From contig CAUYUJ010000181.1 in the NCBI GenBank assembly GCA_963575745.1, positions 124,001-188,000 of the forward strand: a stretch of DNA of 64,000 nucleotides, in the 5' to 3' direction. Shown here in pieces: positions 61,329 through 64,000 of the stretch (position 1 is the stretch's first letter; the number at the start of each line of letters is the position of its first letter). A program made the translations under genes and the position numbers. This DNA is from Prorocentrum cordatum (lineage: Eukaryota). The notes beneath the pieces are model-generated. The model worked only from the letters and a program-made list of their open reading frames with translations. It was not told the DNA's origin and searched no databases.

Positions 61329-64000
61329 CTAAAATTGATTAGACTTAGGTTTGTCTCTGTCCTCGGGACCCCGAAAGGGAACAAATTGCTTCACGTCATA
61401 CTTAAATGACTGAGTGCCTGACATCACTTCCAGAAGCAGCTCCCGATCGATGCTTCCCTTTGTATGCCCATCTGCGGTCATATCCCTAGTATCACACCAT
61501 TGCACATTATGTACTATACCTATATCCATGAGCTCACGTATCCAGCTGATATGTCCAAGCAGAGTCCGTTCTGTAGGTATTTTGAGATCCCTGCTTGATA
61601 AAGATTTGTAGACGGACTCGGCGTCTATGGTAAGAGAGACTTTGATAGCTAGGCCTCCAACTTCACGCATGTCTCGTAGTTGTCGTGGAGTCAAAGCTCC
61701 TGCCTTAAGCTCGTGGAGAGTAATGAGCGTAGGGTAACACTCATCAAGGTTATGTGCGGCTGCAAGTGCCTCCGCAGCATAACTGGACCTCACCTGTAAT
61801 CGGTGTGATTTGCATAGTCCGTCACAGAGGTGAACGACGGACTTGCCTTGAGGCGAGTTTCCTCGCCGTAGTACACTGGCCCCGCGTATGCCGTAGCCCT
61901 TGGTCTCGTCATCCTCCTCCCCGGTAAGCTTCCGATACCCCGAATCGCTATGGATGTCAACTTCATTCGTCGGCTTCAACCGAGGGAAGGTGATGCGTTT
62001 CGGGCTGCTGATCAGCTTTCGCGTCACGGCATTCAAACGTCTGACTTGCAGATTGGTGGGCCCTTGAATTTTCTGAAGAGAGACCACGCATACCATGAGC
62101 CAGATTTGGGTAAGAAGGGCATAGGCGAGAGCTCCTCGCAGGCTGACGAACATGTCGGTAATGAGTTTCGTGGCTTTGGCATCGGCCGCCGCTCCTGTAA
62201 GTTCTGGGTGTGTGATAGGACGTAGTTGTTTGATATACTCGTCCTGGTCCATGATCACATCTCCTTGATCATTCTTAGTGTAGCGAACGGCGCAGTTCGT
62301 ATATGTGTGCTTGTTGAGCTTGCATTTGCCAAACACCTTTTCGACGCGTTGTACATAGTCGTCTATATTTTTCTCTAGACCTGTCATGTTAATATCATCG
62401 ACATGTTTTGCCGTCAGAAGGTCGTGGCTGAATTCAAATTCAGGATCGTAGCTGGTCGGTGTAAGTCCTATAGCTCGTGTGGTCGTACGAAGTTTGAGAG
62501 AGAACGCTCTTGGAGCGTCCTTTGTACCCGTTCCTGGTTTGAGGCATCTAAGACAGTGTCGACTTTCGTCGTAGGATGAGAAGCCGGGTAATGTACGAAG
62601 TACCTGAGCACTTCCTGGTGGAAGAGTAAAGCAAACCATGCGAGTTTCCTCGCCGGTGGCATGGGCAAGTTCCTCATAGGTCAAACCCTTGAGGAACGCC
62701 TTATCGATATCCATGGATGCTAAGATCCACTCTGGATGGCATGCCGCTTCACTTGCCAGGAGTCGTTGGGACTGCCTTCGGGCGGTTCCCGAGAATGTTT
62801 CCACATCAAAAGCCTCAGTATCCATAAATCCACGAAGGACCAGTCTGAGACGAATGGTTTTAACGTTCCCGGTACCCATCTTTACGAACTTCCACTTGTA
62901 TACATACCTGGATGTCATGATGTTGGAAGCTTTGGATAGATCATACATCTCAAAGCATCGGTTATCAATCCAGATTTTGAGCTCAGTATACAAAGCTTCA
63001 CGAACCTCCTTTGGATGTGCTGCTATGTCGGCTTTGGTCAGTAGATCATCTTCTTTGACAACCGCAGCACGTTTAGCAGCAGAGGATACATATACTCTCA
63101 TCGTTGCGACCATGTCGGTATCGAGCTGTGCAAGTTGAGTCTGATCCAACACTATTTTTGACATTTCTGATGTAAAGCATAATTCAACGTAAGGACCATA
63201 TTCATCACTGTCAAGAGAGTAGCTCTCGTCGGTTGTGGTTGAACAAAGAGAGACTAGACAGGACTCACGTGATTTCGGCTCGTCTCCGAGCATATCTGAT
63301 GATATAATATCATCTTCGTCCACAAATGCTGAAACCAAAACACATTGGTCGGGCAGCATAGTTGTTGGGACGCAATAAAGATAATCATCGGTAATCGTCG
63401 TAGGATGAAGGTCCATACGTAGCTCGCCGTACCACTCTTCCAGCATCATAGCTTCGATATGGTGTTCCCAATTTTCCTCATAGATTGTCGACAGACGGCC
63501 TTCACTCGGCGATGCAGCATCTGGTGTGTCTGGAGAAGGCCTGTTTCCAGGCGACTCGTGTTCTCCAGACGTGTTGCTTGAATGCTGATATTGAACCAAA
63601 TCGTCGTGAAATCCTAAGGAAGGGACACGTGAAGTCAAGCATTGAATAAGTCTGGAGTGAGTGCTACCAGTGATCTGAGAAATGTTTAAGCCGGTGCCCA
63701 CACATTCGTAATAGTGGAACGCCGGGCTGATGTCGTTGTCATAGTGGATCAGCGTAGACCCGGTGGCGTACTTTACTGCAGGTAGGCTTGACACACTCTT
63801 AGCCAATCGAACTGCTACTACATGTTCTACTCGGAAGTAATTTCGTACGAGATACTGTAGTGCTAAGTGTACGCGCGGGTGAAACTTGCTGTCGTCTGAC
63901 AGATTAAGGTTTCCCTTGTAATCGGGGATATACCCGAAAACTTTGGCAGGTTTCCCTGCGCTGAGGTGTGCCACATAAGCAAGGACGGTTTGCATGGCCA
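61329..64000 (-). CDS. pol: Ty1/copia LTR retrotransposon polyprotein, C-terminal part (RT plus RNase H); open at the window edge
   Basis: Over 888 codons without a stop. RT motifs: SRYVYKWK, RLRLVLRGF, DIDKAFLKG, GTKDAPRAF, KHVDDI. RNase H motifs: HSDSG, RSSYAAEALA, IDAESV, DMTADGHTKG. Confidence 0.95.
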   Translation of the reverse strand, partial: AMQTVLAYVAHLSAGKPAKVFGYIPDYKGNLNLSDDSKFHPRVHLALQYLVRNYFRVEHVVAVRLAKSVSSLPAVKYATGSTLIHYDNDISPAFHYYECVGTGLNISQITGSTHSRLIQCLTSRVPSLGFHDDLVQYQHSSNTSGEHESPGNRPSPDTPDAASPSEGRLSTIYEENWEHHIEAMMLEEWYGELRMDLHPTTITDDYLYCVPTTMLPDQCVLVSAFVDEDDIISSDMLGDEPKSRESCLVSLCSTTTDESYSLDSDEYGPYVELCFTSEMSKIVLDQTQLAQLDTDMVATMRVYVSSAAKRAAVVKEDDLLTKADIAAHPKEVREALYTELKIWIDNRCFEMYDLSKASNIMTSRYVYKWKFVKMGTGNVKTIRLRLVLRGFMDTEAFDVETFSGTARRQSQRLLASEAACHPEWILASMDIDKAFLKGLTYEELAHATGEETRMVCFTLPPGSAQVLRTLPGFSSYDESRHCLRCLKPGTGTKDAPRAFSLKLRTTTRAIGLTPTSYDPEFEFSHDLLTAKHVDDINMTGLEKNIDDYVQRVEKVFGKCKLNKHTYTNCAVRYTKNDQGDVIMDQDEYIKQLRPITHPELTGAAADAKATKLITDMFVSLRGALAYALLTQIWLMVCVVSLQKIQGPTNLQVRRLNAVTRKLISSPKRITFPRLKPTNEVDIHSDSGYRKLTGEEDDETKGYGIRGASVLRRGNSPQGKSVVHLCDGLCKSHRLQVRSSYAAEALAAAHNLDECYPTLITLHELKAGALTPRQLRDMREVGGLAIKVSLTIDAESVYKSLSSRDLKIPTERTLLGHISWIRELMDIGIVHNVQWCDTRDMTADGHTKGSIDRELLLEVMSGTQSFKYDVKQFVPFRGPEDRDKPKSNQF

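Overview
GC-rich, microsatellite-saturated eukaryotic DNA with dinoflagellate hallmarks: relict spliced-leader (DinoSL) sequences, GC/GA intron donors and AG|G junctions. Nearly all coding signal is on the minus strand, and most ORF-track entries are artefacts of (GAG)n/(CAT)n tracts and satellites. The supportable content is: (1) a five-exon, ~1810-aa divergent hAT-like DDE transposase (14780-6168), followed by co-oriented genes of unknown function; (2) inside that gene, a 172-nt intron that is exactly a 167-bp foldback element plus one copy of its 5-bp target-site duplication (TSD), i.e. an Introner-type element taking both splice sites from the TSD; (3) four intronless retrocopies starting at relict DinoSLs that abut purine/(GAG)-rich tracts, one with two nested SLs and a poly(A) remnant and one encoding a GT31-like glycosyltransferase; (4) several MITE families and three copies of an element carrying an 89/90-bp satellite between conserved inverted ends; (5) a decayed LINE and the RT-RNase H end of a Ty1/copia element with a densely structured 3' UTR. 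All calls were made by eye, with no database search or folding run.
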